64,000 nt of DNA from positions 75,208,001 to 75,272,000 of the forward strand of contig NC_086097.1 of the NCBI RefSeq assembly GCF_963921235.1, written 5' to 3'. Below, piece by piece: positions 1 through 12,299 of the stretch. Every line of letters starts with the position of its first letter. Positions within the stretch are counted from its first letter, which is position 1. Below the pieces are notes generated by a model. The model ran no database searches. It saw only the letters and a list, made by a program, of their open reading frames with translations, and had not been told where the DNA came from. Position numbers and translations under genes: made by a program. This DNA comes from Mobula hypostoma (lineage: Eukaryota).

Positions 1-426
1 AAAAATGATCACAGATTGACAGAGACGCCTTGAGTCATGTTTGAGGTGTAAAACATTTCAACCAGTACTTCTATGGGAGTGTTGCAAAGACGTGGCTGGG
101 GACGAACCCAACTGCAGGACGCAGATGCTGAGGCAGAGTTGATAGGCGTGGCACCTCCGCGAACGGGGAGCCAATATCCAGGAGACGATGCGAAGCTTAG
201 AACTAACAATTCTCAGGAATAGGAAACTAGATTTACTCTCACAAGAGTCGACCAACGAACTGGCAGCTTCTTGCTGTGGTCACAGGGTTTTTATCCTGCC
301 GTTTGATGGGAAGCAGGTGCGTGTAGTTAGTGGTACTTGGGAATGATTGGAATCTAAATGAGGTGATCAAGGCCCAAATCTTGAGGCAAATAGCAAGGTG
401 GGGGATTGTCAGATGGGACCATGACA
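1..426 (-). mobile_element. Partial LTR (sushi-like Ty3/Gypsy type, TGTCATG terminus) abutting Gypsy pol; runs off the window edge
   Basis: Ends in CATGACA at 420-426 (TGTCATG on the minus strand), exactly where the Gypsy RNase H coding sequence begins. Minus-strand TATA-like GATAAAAA at 288-295. The other end is not visible. Confidence 0.5.
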
Positions 427-1030
427 GGGAGAGAATTTACCCTCATTGCTGATCATCAGCCATTAGTGTCCATTTTCAACCCACAAAAGTGTGTTCCACT
501 AATAGCAGCAGCACAGATGCAGAGCTGGGCTCGGTGTCTTGGAGGACACAGTTACAAGTTTGAATTCAAGAAGACGACTGATCATGGAAATGCTGATTGA
601 TTGTGAAGTACCAGGAAAAATTACTAAAAAAGATACTCCTTTTGACGTAGTTTCTCTAACGCAAATCAAGAGTCTCCCTCTTATGGCAGAGATGATCCAA
701 AGGGAAACCAGTAAAGACCTCACACTGTCTCGGGTCTCCATGGCCACCCAAAATAGCTGGAATGCGCAGCCGGAACTCCAGATCCCCTATTTTTACCTGT
801 GCCGGGATGAACTTGCCTTTGACGGAGATTGCCTTATGTGGGGATTGAGTGCTGTTGTACCATAAAAGTTGAGATAAAGTGTTGGAGGAGCTACATGCCA
901 GTCACCTAGGCATGGTCAAAATGAAAGTGTTAGCTCAAAGTTTTGTCTGGTGGCCTGGGATAGATCAGGAGGTTTGTCTAGAGTCTAAAGAATACATTGC
1001 AAGCAATGTCTACAGAACATACTACACTGA
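427..1030 (+). pseudogene. Decayed Ty3/Gypsy pol: RNase H C-terminus and integrase zinc-finger region
   Basis: Translations GREFTLIADHQPLVSIF...YKFEFKKTTDHGNAD (RNase H 'TDHxPL...NAD' motifs) and VLEELHASHLGMVKMKVLAQSFVWWPGIDQE (integrase HHCC region), with stops and frameshifts. The integrase core appears deleted near 970. Confidence 0.85.
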
Positions 1031-2131
1031 GCAACACATATAAAGTACTGGAGGAACTTAGTAGGCCAGGCAGCATCTATGGGAAAGAGTAAACAGTTGA
1101 CATTTCAGACCGAGACCCTTCATCAGGACTGGAAAAAAAGGTGAGGTCAGAGTAAGAAGGTAGGGGGAGGGGAGGAAGATGTACAATGCAGTAGGTGATA
1201 GATGAAATTGGGAGCAAGGGAGTGCGAAGTACAAAGCTGGGAAGTTGATTGGTGAAAGAGAAAATGGGCTGGAGCAGGGGGAATCTCATAGGAGAGGGTA
1301 GAAAACCACGGAAAGAAGAGAAGGGAGAGAAGCACCAGAGGGAGGTGGTGGGCAAGTGAGGGAGGGAAACAGGAATGGGGAATGGTAAAGATGTGTCGGG
1401 GGCCGATTACCGGAAGTTCGAAAAATTGAAGTTCTTGCCATCAGGTTGGAAGCTACCCAGACAGAATATGAGATGTTGGCTTTCCAACCTGAGTGCGGCC
1501 TCATTGCAGCACTGGAGGAGGCCTTGGACTGACATGTCAAAATGGGAATGAGAAGTAGAATTGAAATGGGTGGCCACGATCCCGCTTTTTCTGGTGGATG
1601 GAGCGTAGGTGCTCAGCGAAGCAGTCTCCCAATCTACGTCGGATCTCACTGATATACAGGAGGCCACATTGAGAGCACCAGATACAGCAGATGACCCCAA
1701 CAGACTCACCAGGTGAAGTGTTGCCTCACCTGGAAGGACCATTTGGGGCCGTGGTAGTGAGGGAGGAGGTGTAGGGGCAGGTGTGGCACTTGTTCTGCTT
1801 GCAAGGGTAAGTACCAGGAGGGAGATCAGTGAGGAGGGCTGAATGACAAGGGAGTCTGGTAGGGTACGATCCCTGTGGAAAGAAGGGCGGGGGAGGGAAG
1901 TATGTGCTTGGTGATGGAAGCCCATTGCAGATGGCGACTACCACTTTGTATTCCTTCCACTCCCACCCCACTTTCTTTCTCTAACTTCTTGTCCTTTTTT
2001 TTCCAGTGCTGATGGCCCAAAACTTTGACTGTTTACTCTTTTCCACAGATGCTGCCTGGCCTGCTGAGTTCCTGCAGCATTTTTTGTTTGTGTTGCTTGG
2101 ATTACCAGCATCTGCAGATCTTATCGTGTTT
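1031..2131 (-). mobile_element. Penelope-like element (PLE) 3' fragment with GIY-YIG remnant and inverted pLTR
   Basis: Minus strand encodes PGTYPCKQNKCHTCPY and VGVICCIWCSQCGLLYISEIRRRLGDCFAEHLRS (GIY-YIG endonuclease). An inverted pLTR copy lies at about 1950-2131. Imperfect TSD: ACATACTACACTGA 1017-1030 and ACACACTACGCTGA 2132-2145. Confidence 0.85.
1094..1131 (-). ncRNA. Minimal type I hammerhead ribozyme motif in the PLE pLTR
   Basis: Minus strand reads CAGTC-CTGATGA-AGGGTCTCGGTCT-GAAA-TG-TC^AACTG. The CUGAUGA and GAAA core is intact, the cleavage triplet is GUC, and stem I is CAGTC/AACTG with one mismatch. Confidence 0.7.
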
Positions 2132-2145
2132 ACACACTACGCTGA

Positions 2146-2802
2146 CATTGAATCAGAAGCTCACCAATTTCCTCCTTGCATGTCATAACCCAACATATTC
2201 CATTCGGTTCCTTGCTCTCACGCGTGGATCTCCTCAAACCCAATCTCAAAAGGAGCTTGCAGGACAAACAGCTGAGACAAATCGAAGACTCCTCAAACAA
2301 AGAGGTTTGATGTTTCACTCCTTGTCAAGCAGTCCTGGCGAGGGACTCAGAGGTGATCAAAAGTGGGTACTCGGAAAAATTAAAGACAGAACCGAACCAG
2401 TCTCCTACACAGTGGAGATTGCATCTGATATCATCTGGATTGATCAGTTGAGGAGAACCGAGTCAATTGTTAGAAAAGGAAGTTGGCTACCACTATCAGA
2501 TCCACTTCCTGCAGTCTCAGAATCAACTCCTGCAACTGCCAAGCAGGAAACCCCAGAACAACACATTGTTTCATAGCCACAAGTTTCACCGGCCAAGCAG
2601 AATGATCCCCCTTCTCAGGAAAGATGTTTTTCCACAAGAATAAGAAATCCTTCACAGAAATTAAATCTTTAGGCCTGAATGGGACAATTTAAAATTTACT
2701 ATGCTGTGGATGTCTGTTTATAGTATTTGTATTATAGAATATACTGTGCATACAATTTTGATACATTCTCTATTGAGTTGTTTATAGTTAAGCAGGGAGG
2801 AG
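2146..2802 (+). pseudogene. Gypsy integrase C-terminal remnant, 3' UTR and PPT
   Basis: TLNQKLTNFLLACHN...KWVLGKIKDRTEPVSYTVEI...IDQLR continues the pol interrupted by the PLE. Polypurine tract AGCAGGGAGGAG at 2791-2802. Confidence 0.75.
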
Positions 2803-3011
2803 TGTTGTGTATCTAATATTTAAGTAATATTTGAGTAATCTTGTATAGGTTGGTTAAGCACTTTCGTTCATTTAAATAATTCATTATGGGTTATATGTAT
2901 AAATACGTGAATTGCATACGTCATCACATGTGTGCCTCACACAAAGTTAGACCGCACTTTTGGACTCGCATGTCTTCCTGTGAATTAGTTTCATGTTTAG
3001 AAGTCACAACA
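2803..3011 (+). repeat. 3' LTR of the Gypsy element (209 bp)
   Basis: Starts TGTTGTG directly after the PPT and ends CACAACA (perfect 7-bp inverted termini). TATAAATA near 2898. Confidence 0.85.
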
Positions 3012-3018
3012 CATAGCA

Positions 3019-3620
3019 ACGTTCACAACACGCTGAAGGAAATCAGCAGGTCGGGCAGCATCTGTGGAAACGATCAGTCAATGTTTCGGGCCGGAACCCT
3101 TCATCAAGACTGAAGAGGGAAGGGGCGGAGGCCCTGTAAAGAAGATGGGGGGGAGGATGGGAAGGAGTAGGCTGGTAGGATCCAGGTGAAAAACCAGTAA
3201 GGGGAAAGATAAAGGGGTGGGGGAAGGGAAGCAGGGAGGTGATAGGCAGGAAAGGTGAAGAAGGAATAGGGGAAAACACAATGGGTAGTAGAAGGAGGTG
3301 GAACCATGAGGAGGTGATAGGCAGCTGAGGAAGGGGGCAGAGCGAAACTGGGAGAGGGGAAGGGAGGGGGAGGGAATTACCGGAAGTTGGAGAATTTAAT
3401 GTTCATACCAAGGGGCTGGAGACTACCTAGACGGTATATGAGTGTTGCTCCTCCAACCTGAGTTTAGCCTCATCATGGCAGTAAAGGAGGCCATGTATGG
3501 ACATATCCGAATGGGAATGTGAAACCAATCGTTTCCATGGATGCTGCCCGACCTGCTAAGTTCCTCCAGCGTGTTGTGAGTGTTGTTTTGACCCCAGCAT
3601 CTGCAGAGTATTTTGCATTT
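3019..3620 (-). mobile_element. Penelope-like element fragment with inverted pLTR and degenerate hammerhead
   Basis: Perfect 13-bp TSD ACAACACATAGCA (3006-3018 and 3621-3633). Homologous to the 1031-2131 element. Hammerhead at about 3075-3112 has core TTGATGA...GGG-TTCCGG-CCC-GAAA. Confidence 0.85.
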
Positions 3621-3633
3621 ACAACACATAGCA

Positions 3634-3900
3634 CTCTCCATGGAACATCTGTAGAAGTTTTCGAGAGTCTTTGGTGATATACCAAATCTCCTCAAGCTCC
3701 TAATGAAGTATAGCCACTGGCGTGCCTTTTTCATGTGTGTATTAATATGTTGAGGCCAGGATAAATCCTCTGAAATATTAACTCAGGACCTTGAAGCTGC
3801 TCACCACGTCCACTGCTGACTCCTCAACGAGGGCTGCTCTGTGTTCACCCAACTTCTCCTTCCTGAAGTCCACAATTAATATCTTGGTCTTACGGATGCT
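3634..3900 (-). mobile_element. Rex1/Babar-type LINE fragment
   Basis: KKARQWLYFIRSLRRFGISPKTLENFYRCSMES, a typical Rex1 RT C-terminal segment. Confidence 0.8.
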
Positions 3901-4561
3901 TTTAAAGAAATGGATTTCGGCTTTCTGTGGTCAGAGGCAAATTCCAAATCTTTTTGTTTACTTCAGCAGGAAATCACTTGCAGAGATTTGCCATCTGAAG
4001 GAAGGACATCTGCAACTAATTTCCTGCATCAGAGTGCATGACTGCCAGGGATCAACAAGATGCTTTGATTGACATGTCTGGGGATTACTTCTGGTCAGTA
4101 TTGTAATATCAGTTCATGTAGTTACACGTGTAGAAGCAGTTGCTGGAGGAAGCAGATCAAACTGAAATGTTTATTTCTCATAGATGCTGCCTAGCCAACA
4201 TTTCCTCTTTTTATTTTTGAAGTAAATGTCGGTCAGCATGATCACTACCTTGATCACTGGACTCGACTTGTTTGTTTATCCAAAGCTCATAATGAGGATA
4301 TAAAAATACCACTCCACTGATCCTGAAGTTCATCTTGACAACCAGTGTAACTGATCTACTGTTACTTCGGCTTTCTAGATGATGTCCTCTGTTAATGAGA
4401 GTGTAAGCAGCTATTAAAGGTGCAGTGTGCACTCTGCAAGAATTATTGGACTTTGCTTCTGATGAATGGCACGGGACCTGAAATATTAACTCAGTTTCTC
4501 TTCTTCAGATGCTGCCTGACCTGCTCAGTGTTTCTAGCCTTTCAAGCTTATGCATTATTTA

Positions 4562-5147
4562 TGTAACCTTCAGGCTTGGCAAGCATGTGTTTGTCTCAGG
4601 GAAAACAACATCTGGCCCCGCCAAACTGAGAAATCTCGTTTGTGTGGATGCTGCGTGATGTTTTGCCTGGTTACAAATCCGCACTGCAAAATATCAGACA
4701 GAACACCATATGCAATTAACTGATTGAACTTTATAAATCTTAATATGGATAGAGGGTTAGTAAAGAAAATAGAAAGTTAAAGGGCCCATTTCAAGGAAAA
4801 AGTCTATTGCGCATCGTTGGAGCTCACTGTTCATTCATTTGTTCCCGTCAACCTCCAAGCGTAGACAGCCCTCGGACCCTCACTCCTCAGTCCACTCCAT
4901 CCGGTGGTCTTCCGACTCCCTCCATTTGCATCCTCTCTCTCCATCGCTCCCCGACGAAAGGGCGAAAAACCCAGCTTCCAGATACACAAGAAAGAACGTT
5001 TCCTCATTGGCTAACTCTTGCGTTCCAAAGTCCCATTATCTCTAATCATAACCCAAACATTGCTGCTACAGAGAAACCCATTACCTTAGCAGTGGAACAT
5101 TACATAGAAGCCATTACATTAGCAGTGAAACCTTACAGTGTGTTACA
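4562..5147. mobile_element. Solo LTR (586 bp)
   Basis: TGTAAC...GTTACA inverted termini flanked by a perfect 4-bp TSD TTTA (4558-4561 and 5148-5151). Confidence 0.8.
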
Positions 5148-5979
5148 TTTATGATGTCCACTTGATGTTATGTGGATGTTAAAATAGCCCAAATATAAAA
5201 TTATCCACGTTGGACCTGAAAGGTGAAACTAGAAGCAGTTAAATTCTAATAAACTTTGTAGTCAAGGGACTGCATTATAATCATTGATATACAATATCAT
5301 GGGAGGTATAGAAAACAATCAAAGGCAAATGGAATGCGTGCCTTTGTATCGCTGTTGTAATATAGCTGAATGAAATCTTGGTTAATCCACACCTAGAGTA
5401 TTTAGAGCAGACCAAGGTACCACACTGTATTCAGCCTTTGAGTGAGTAAGGAGAAAAGTACCAAAGTTCAAAGGTGAGATTACACAACCTGGGTTTTGTA
5501 TCTTCTGGAATTTAGAAGAGTAGGCAGCCATTTGCTCAGTTTTTTAAGATATTGGTACAGAATTTGCTGCCAGCAACAGCTTGCCCTTACTTGCTACTAA
5601 CCTGTGTGGTAAGTACAGAGTCAACTTTACTGGGTGCACCAGTCTTGTCTGCTGGTTGAGGCTTCCGCTAACCAAAAGAGTGAGATTCGGAGCAATGTAC
5701 TTCTATTGTATGTGGGAGGATGAGAGAGAGGAAAGCCACACTTATGAAACAACATAGAACATCTTTGACAACTGTAAAGCTCCACCCCAGAATGGGCCAA
5801 GTATCAGACCTAATGTCTTAGAATACACTTGAACATCTTCCATGATTAGAAATATTCAACTATTATCAACATCAGTGAGGCAATGAAAAAATCTTGAACT
5901 GATTTAAAAATTATAATAAAGATTTTTTAATAAAAATTATTTAAAAAAAGCATTTAAGCAAATCTAACTAATTAAAGAA

Positions 5980-6180
5980 ACCAGCTGGTGGTGTAGTGGC
6001 ATCTGCACCGGGTTTCGAGGTGAGTGGTCCTGGGTGTGAATCTGGCCGGCTCCTTGTAAGCTTTCCATCTGTGCTGTGTTGAGCACCGAGTTAGCAACTT
6101 GACCTCATAAAAACAGACAAAAATGCTAAGGAAATGGCAAGGTTGCTGCCTGATGTGCCTCAAGGCGTGGAGATGAAAAA
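5980..6180 (+). mobile_element. tRNA-derived SINE
   Basis: Pol III A-box-like TGGTGTAGTGG at 5989-5999, B-box-like GGTGTGAATCT at 6033-6043, and an A-rich end. Confidence 0.6.
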
Positions 6181-8239
6181 AATATTTAAAACGTAAATCA
6201 CTTTACACTTACCTGGATCCTTCCCTGCACTCTCTCTCTATTCGAGTGAAGGAATTAGCATTTTCTGCACTCGGACTAATGTTGCCCCAATTCATTGGTC
6301 AGATTCCCTAACTTATGGAGAACTAAACCGAGTTCTTCCTCTGCAGCCTGACTCTTCAAGGAGTCTGTCATTGAAGCATATTACAGGTAAAATCAGGTAA
6401 AGACCATCAGTGCCTGCTCCACCATTCCATGGGTTCATGGCTCATCTTTTACCTCAGTTCTATTTTCCCGCTCTTGTTCTTTAATTCCCTTCATATCTAA
6501 AGATCTTATTCTTGAATAAAAACAATTTGCTAGGGTAGAGAATTCCAAAGATTCTTTACCCCAGCATTAAGAAATGTTTTCTCATCTCTGTCCTGCATGG
6601 TCAACCCTTTATTTGGATTCTGTGACTCCTGATTTTATTCATCCCGGCTAGTGGAAGCATCAGCTCCGCATCTACTATGTCAAGTCCCGTATGAAATTAT
6701 GTATGTTTTGTATGGTGGCAGGGGATCGCCAATAAACAGGCCAGGCTTTCACACCCCATTCGGGTGGCATTGAGACTGAGAAATGCCAATGTTTGAGCAT
6801 AAAAATACCTGCATTTCCCAACAAGTTACAGCTCACTAAGATGGAACTATAGGCCAAAAGAATTATGAGTGAAATTAAGAAACATTTCTATATGCATTGA
6901 ATGCTTTAGAGTTCTGCAAACAGCTATTGATGAAGAATTGATTGCTCATTTTACATCTGAAATAACTTCTGTTATTTAAGGAGCGACGAGAAAAAGGCAA
7001 GGATGTGTATATGGAATTGGGTCAGAGATCTCCTGTGATCTCATTGTACAGTGCAACAAGCTTGAGGGTCTAAATGGCCTACTGTTGTACCTGCGCTTCT
7101 CTGTCCCTAAGCAAAATTTCTCAACCATTACTAATAAACCATGGAAAAACTGTCTGACAGTTGATTGAAATTTGGTTGCTGTGCATTTTGCTGCAATTTG
7201 ATCTTTTTTAATTGATGTTTCCCCAGTTTACAGATTTTTTTTCCCAGGAGAGTGGAGCAAGACCAAAAACATGGCCGGTGGTGATATTGCATGCTATCAT
7301 CAAGACACCTCAGTTTAATGCTCTCAACACTCCCTGTGGGACTATATTCAAAGGAAGAATAGGTTAGAGAATCAGGCTATATAGATGTAAAACCCTAACT
7401 CTGACTCATTATTCCCTTGTGCATGTTTTTCTACAGAGATCACAAAAATTTGGAATTTATCCTGTTAATTCAGCCAGAAATTGCCACCATTTGTTTTATA
7501 TCTTCTTAACTGTTTGTGTGCTGGAGGATTTTAATCATTAAAATTAAGGATTGTTAAATGGCCTCCGAAAAGGGAACGTTTAAAACAATTTCTTCCTTGT
7601 ATACCCTTCAATATTCCCTTGTTTTTTGTCAGACTAAGTTGTCTGAACTCCCAAATGCTGGAACTCAGTAGGTGCAATGCACTTTTGATGAACAGGTTCT
7701 GTTTCATCTTAAATGTTGCTGACACTCACAGGGGACAAATTTCTTAGGCACAAAGTGGAGATTCTCTCAAACACTCTGTACAAGAACAGCAGAGAATTCT
7801 GCAGGTCTGAGTGAAATTTGCTTGTACCTTTTCTTCTGAGATTCCCTGGACTTCCAAAGAAAGTTAGAGGAGGAAATCTGTGTAAATTCAAGAAAATGTT
7901 TCCTACAGGTCTTGATGAATGTATCTTCAAAACACTGCACCAGACAATGGCATGTCTCCCAGAATACAGTCTGAACTTGGGGGTAAACAAAATTACCAAC
8001 AACTATGGTTGTATTGGCTAATTGACAGCTTTAAATGCTGTAATAAAAATATTGAGGTAATATATAAGGCAGCAGAGAGTCAATGCCCTCATCAATCCCA
8101 TTGATGAGGAGCAAAAACAAGAATGTGATGCAAGGAACTAAAGGCGAATTTGAAGCCAGACAAGTTTGACACAGTCCACTTAGGCTCAGTCAACTTGTAT
8201 TTTCATCCAACATGTCAAGTTTGGAATCTACTGGCTAAA

Positions 8240-9079
8240 TTGGCTGGTAGAGTAGTGTCACACAACAACCTCTCACTCAGTGGCAGCAAGACCAAGCAAC
8301 TTAATATGGACTTGAGGAAAAGGAAGTCAGAAGAAGCCACAACAGCCCTCATTGAGGGGTTAACAGTGCAAAGGTGGGCAACTTCAAATCTGTGGGCTTC
8401 AACATCTCAGAGGATCTAACCTGGGTCCAAAACATTGATGCAATCATGACCAAGGTATGTCAGCTGCTCTATTTCATTGGGAATTTGAGGAGATTTGTTA
8501 TATCACCAAGGACTATTGCAAATTTCTACAGATCTACGGTGGAGAGCATTCTGACTGACTGCATCAGAAGCAGAATCAGAATTTGAACCAGTTTTATGAC
8601 ATACATCGCAAAATATGTTGTTTTGTGGTAGTGGTAGAGTACAAAATGTTACAATTTATTATATCAAAATAATAAATAAATAAATAAATAAATACACAGT
8701 GCAACAGAGCCTCCAATGCAAAGGACAGCAAGAGGTTGCAGAGTGTTTTTGACAGCCATTTCCATTATGGGAACAACTCTTCTCACTAACACGGGCATCC
8801 ATCATTAAAGACCCAAACCATCTGGGACATGCCCTCTTCAAGTTACTATCATCAGGCAGGAGGTATAGAAGCCTGAAGGCCAAGACACAATGTTCTAAGA
8901 ACAGTTTCTTCTCCTCGGCTATCAGATTTATGAATGGTCCATGAAGCCATGAACATTACATCGTCATTTGTCTTTTGCACTATTTATACTCAATTTTATG
9001 TCTTGCACTGTACTACTGCCACAAAAGCACACATTTCACAACATATATCAGTGATTATGCACTTAATTCTGATTCTGAG
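8240..9079 (+). mobile_element. Rex1/Babar LINE 3' fragment, with an antisense Rex1 tail inserted at about 8563-8705
   Basis: HNNLSLSGSKTKQLNMDLRK and NISEDLTWVQNIDAIMTKVCQLLYFIGNLRRF; (ATTCTG)n tail at about 9067-9079; internal (AGAATC)n inverted tail. Confidence 0.8.
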
Positions 9080-9149
9080 ACCATGGTGCTTCAGGCAAGG
9101 GAATAGGTCATTTGGCAGACCTATTGAGGGGGGCGGGTATGATGATCCA

Positions 9150-9470
9150 ACTATTACAGCCATTGCATTGCAGCACTAGAGACACAGATTTAATCTTAAC
9201 TCCCAGTGCTGTCTGCGTGGAGTTTGCATGCTCCCCCTGTGTGGGTTTCCTTTAGCTGCCCTGGTTTCCTCCCACATCCTAGAGACATACAGGATGCAAG
9301 GCTAAGTAGCAATTGTAAATTACCTCATTTTCTAGATCAGAAGCAAAATATAGAGGGGATTGTTAAAAACATGGGTAGAATAAAAAGTAGAGGATGAATA
9401 TGGGATCAGTATAAATGTGTAGTTGTTGGCTCAGGTTTGGCCAAAGGATCTGTCTCCATACTTGATCTCT
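9150..9470 (+). mobile_element. V-SINE (HE1-like)
   Basis: V-domain-like core GCTGTCTGCGTGGAGTTTGCATGCTCCCC...GGGTTTCC...GGTTTCCTCCCACATCC. Confidence 0.7.
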
Positions 9471-10883
9471 CGACAGCTCTTTGAGTTTATTTACTCCCTA
9501 TCCCTTGATCCCCAACCATCTTGAACTTTCATGTTATTGGGCCAGTATCTTGTTCTGCTTAAAGGGCATGGTAGCTGTTACGTAGTGTAAAAGAAATCAT
9601 GCACCAACAATTTTGACCCTTCACAATGAATTTCAGGATCTGGAGCATGCAATTACTGACTCCAGCTAGTCATTCCATAAGTGTGCCTGCTCTTATTTTT
9701 CTACTGTTGTGATCCTTTCCATGTAACTTTCCGCTCCTGAGATGAAGCAAATTGGTCTCAAAAATCCACTAATATCTATTACCTAAGCAGGTGAGCATGG
9801 CACTGGTTGTAAACTGGTGAATGTAATTTTGTATATAAAATAGTACATATTTATTTTAGTTTTTTTTATGAATTATTCTGTGAACAGACAGAGGGAAAGA
9901 TCTAATCATTTACGTCAATTGTGCAAATCTCATGCATAAAGTTGTGGAATTTTAAGCACAAGTTATGATCAGCTTAAACAGAGTTACTGCACCATTTTCA
10001 TTAGTTTAAAAGCATCATACCAGAAACTAGCACAACTCACAAACCTGTCCACACTATTACAATAAATTAATTATCACTGAGGGTTTTTAACTAATTATGC
10101 TTATAGAATTTTGATACAGTTTCAAAATTTCATCTGGGTGCGAGGACAATAATAGGCATCTTTAGAAAGGTTTTTGAATGCTGTTTATATATGTATTGAG
10201 AACCTAATGTAAATTTTAAGCAATTTTTCAGTAATTTCAAATAGAGCAATGTACTTTGGCGCTGTAATTGAAAAGACATCCAGATAGTACTGAGTTAAGC
10301 TCTTCAATATATCAGAAATAATTTCAGTACATTTTTCTTGATAACTACTTGGTGAAATGCTTCCTCATTCTGTTGGGTTATGCCAAACTCTGCATATGTG
10401 GATTTATAATTGCATTGTAGTGAAAACCTGATGGGGAAAAGTTCTGCTCTTCCCAGATCACTGATCATTTTCAAAACATTATCCTAGTAATCCAAAGCAT
10501 ATAACATAGGTCCACATGATGCCTATGAGACGTAGTAGTTATTTATTTCCTAAATTCATATATTCAGAATAGCTGCTTGTGAACTTAAAGCCTGGGAGTG
10601 CCACCTTCAGGACATGACTGTTTGAAAGAAATGAGGTACATCTTTAACTGCCCAGTAGGATTTCTTTATATATCAACAGGTCAGTTCAATTTGGAAATAA
10701 ATTCTATTGTATCTTCCGCATGGTCAAATATGCTTCATATTTTCTCCTTTTGCTATATCTCTAAGGGCTTTACATTAAAACGATGTACAGTAAGTTTGTA
10801 ACAAATAGTCATCAGAATAGTCCTCACATTGCATGCTGTCTTAAAAGTTGGAATTCAACAGAAACAGATAGGAGAATTTTATT

Positions 10884-11601
10884 CAAGCAACACACACAAA
10901 ATGCTGGAAGAACTCAGCAGACCAGGCAGCATCTATGGAAAAAAGTAGTTGATGTTTTGGGCCAATGTAGATTGGGAGACCGCTTCGCCAAGCATCTACG
11001 CTCCATCTGCCAGAACAAGTGGAATCTCCCAGTGACCACCCATTTTAATTCCACTTCCCATTCCCGTTCCAATATGTCCATCCATGGCTTCCTCCACTGT
11101 CGGGATAAGGCCACACTTAGGTTGGAGGAATAACACCTTATATTCCGTTTGCATAGCCTCCAAACCTGATGGCATGAACATTGATTTCTCAAACTTTCAG
11201 TAATGCCTATCACCCCCCTCCCCAACTTCACCAATTCCCATCCCCTTGTCCCTCTCTCATGTTAACTCCTTGCCCACCCATTGCCTCCCTTTGGTGCTCC
11301 TCCCGCCCCCTCCTCCCTTTTTCTTTCTTCCATGGCCTTCTGTCTCTTTCACCAATCAACTTCCTAGCTCTTTGCTTCATCCCTCCCCCTCCAAGTTTCA
11401 CCTATCACCTGGCATTTTTCTCCCCCTTCACCCACCTTTCAAATCTAATCCTCTGCTTTTTTTCTTTAGTCCTGCTGAAGGGCTTCAGCCTGAAATGTCG
11501 ACTGTTCTTTTTTCCATAGATGCTGCCTGGCCTGCTGAGTTCCTCCAGCATTTTGTGCGGGCTGCTCGGATTTCCAGCATCTGTAGATTTTCTCTTGTTT
11601 G
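10884..11601 (+). mobile_element. Penelope-like element 3' end with inverted pLTR and degenerate hammerhead
   Basis: RLGDRFAKHLRSICQNKWNLPVTTHFNSTSHS (GIY-YIG C-terminus). Hammerhead remnant AGTC-CTGCTGA-AGGGCTTCAGCCT-GAAA-TGTC-GACT at about 11468-11503. TSD AGGAGAATTTTATT / AGGATAATTTTATT (10870-10883 and 11602-11615). Confidence 0.85.
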
Positions 11602-11699
11602 AGGATAATTTTATTTTTACCTGAGATGGGAATAGTTTAAGGAGGAATTGTATTTAGCTGAATATTGAAATATGGCAAGGAGATATGTCTCGACCAAAG

Positions 11700-12033
11700 G
11701 AGATGTAAGATGCTCTTTCCCTCTACTACTCTGCATGTCACCTTTGGGCAAGGTGCAGCACCTGTTTAGCCCCCCGATCAGGGTCACATGAAACCATGGG
11801 AGCAGGTGGTAAGTGGTCATTTCAGCAGATGGTGCACATCACAGAAGGGTTATGTGACCACTGATGCCAAGTAGACAACTTCTGAAGAGCGTTGATAATG
11901 GCTGGGTTCATCAATCTTGTAAAGACACTGCTGAGAAGAAGGCAATGACAAAGCACTACCGCAGAAAAATTTCCCAAGATCAATCATGGTCAAGACCATG
12001 ATCACCCTCATCATACAACACAGCACATAACGA
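11700..12033 (+). mobile_element. Non-LTR retroelement 3' end (RTE/RTEX-like or an associated SINE)
   Basis: The 3' terminus GACCATGATCACCCTCATCATACAACACAGCACATAA resembles RTEX-type tails. Family assignment is from memory. Confidence 0.4.
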
Positions 12034-12299
12034 AATGTGAAAGGTTCAAGCCCAAAGTTTGTTTCCTGTTTGTTGAAGCAGTGTCTCAAATTAAATGAAC
12101 ACTGTACTGCAGTAGTAATAGCCGTAGTGACAGGTAAACTCAGGGTGATCTTCAAAAGATCCTCTCAAGATGAATGACACCAGAGCCAACATTAGGATTC
12201 ACATTGAAAATATTAGGTAGAAATGAGATTTGCATTAACATCACACCATTCATATTTCTTTGGGACTATAATAGAACAACCTGCAACCAACCAATTATT

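Noticed and set aside
5980..6050. tRNA gene
   Set aside because: A and B boxes are present, but there is no cloverleaf and it continues into a SINE body.
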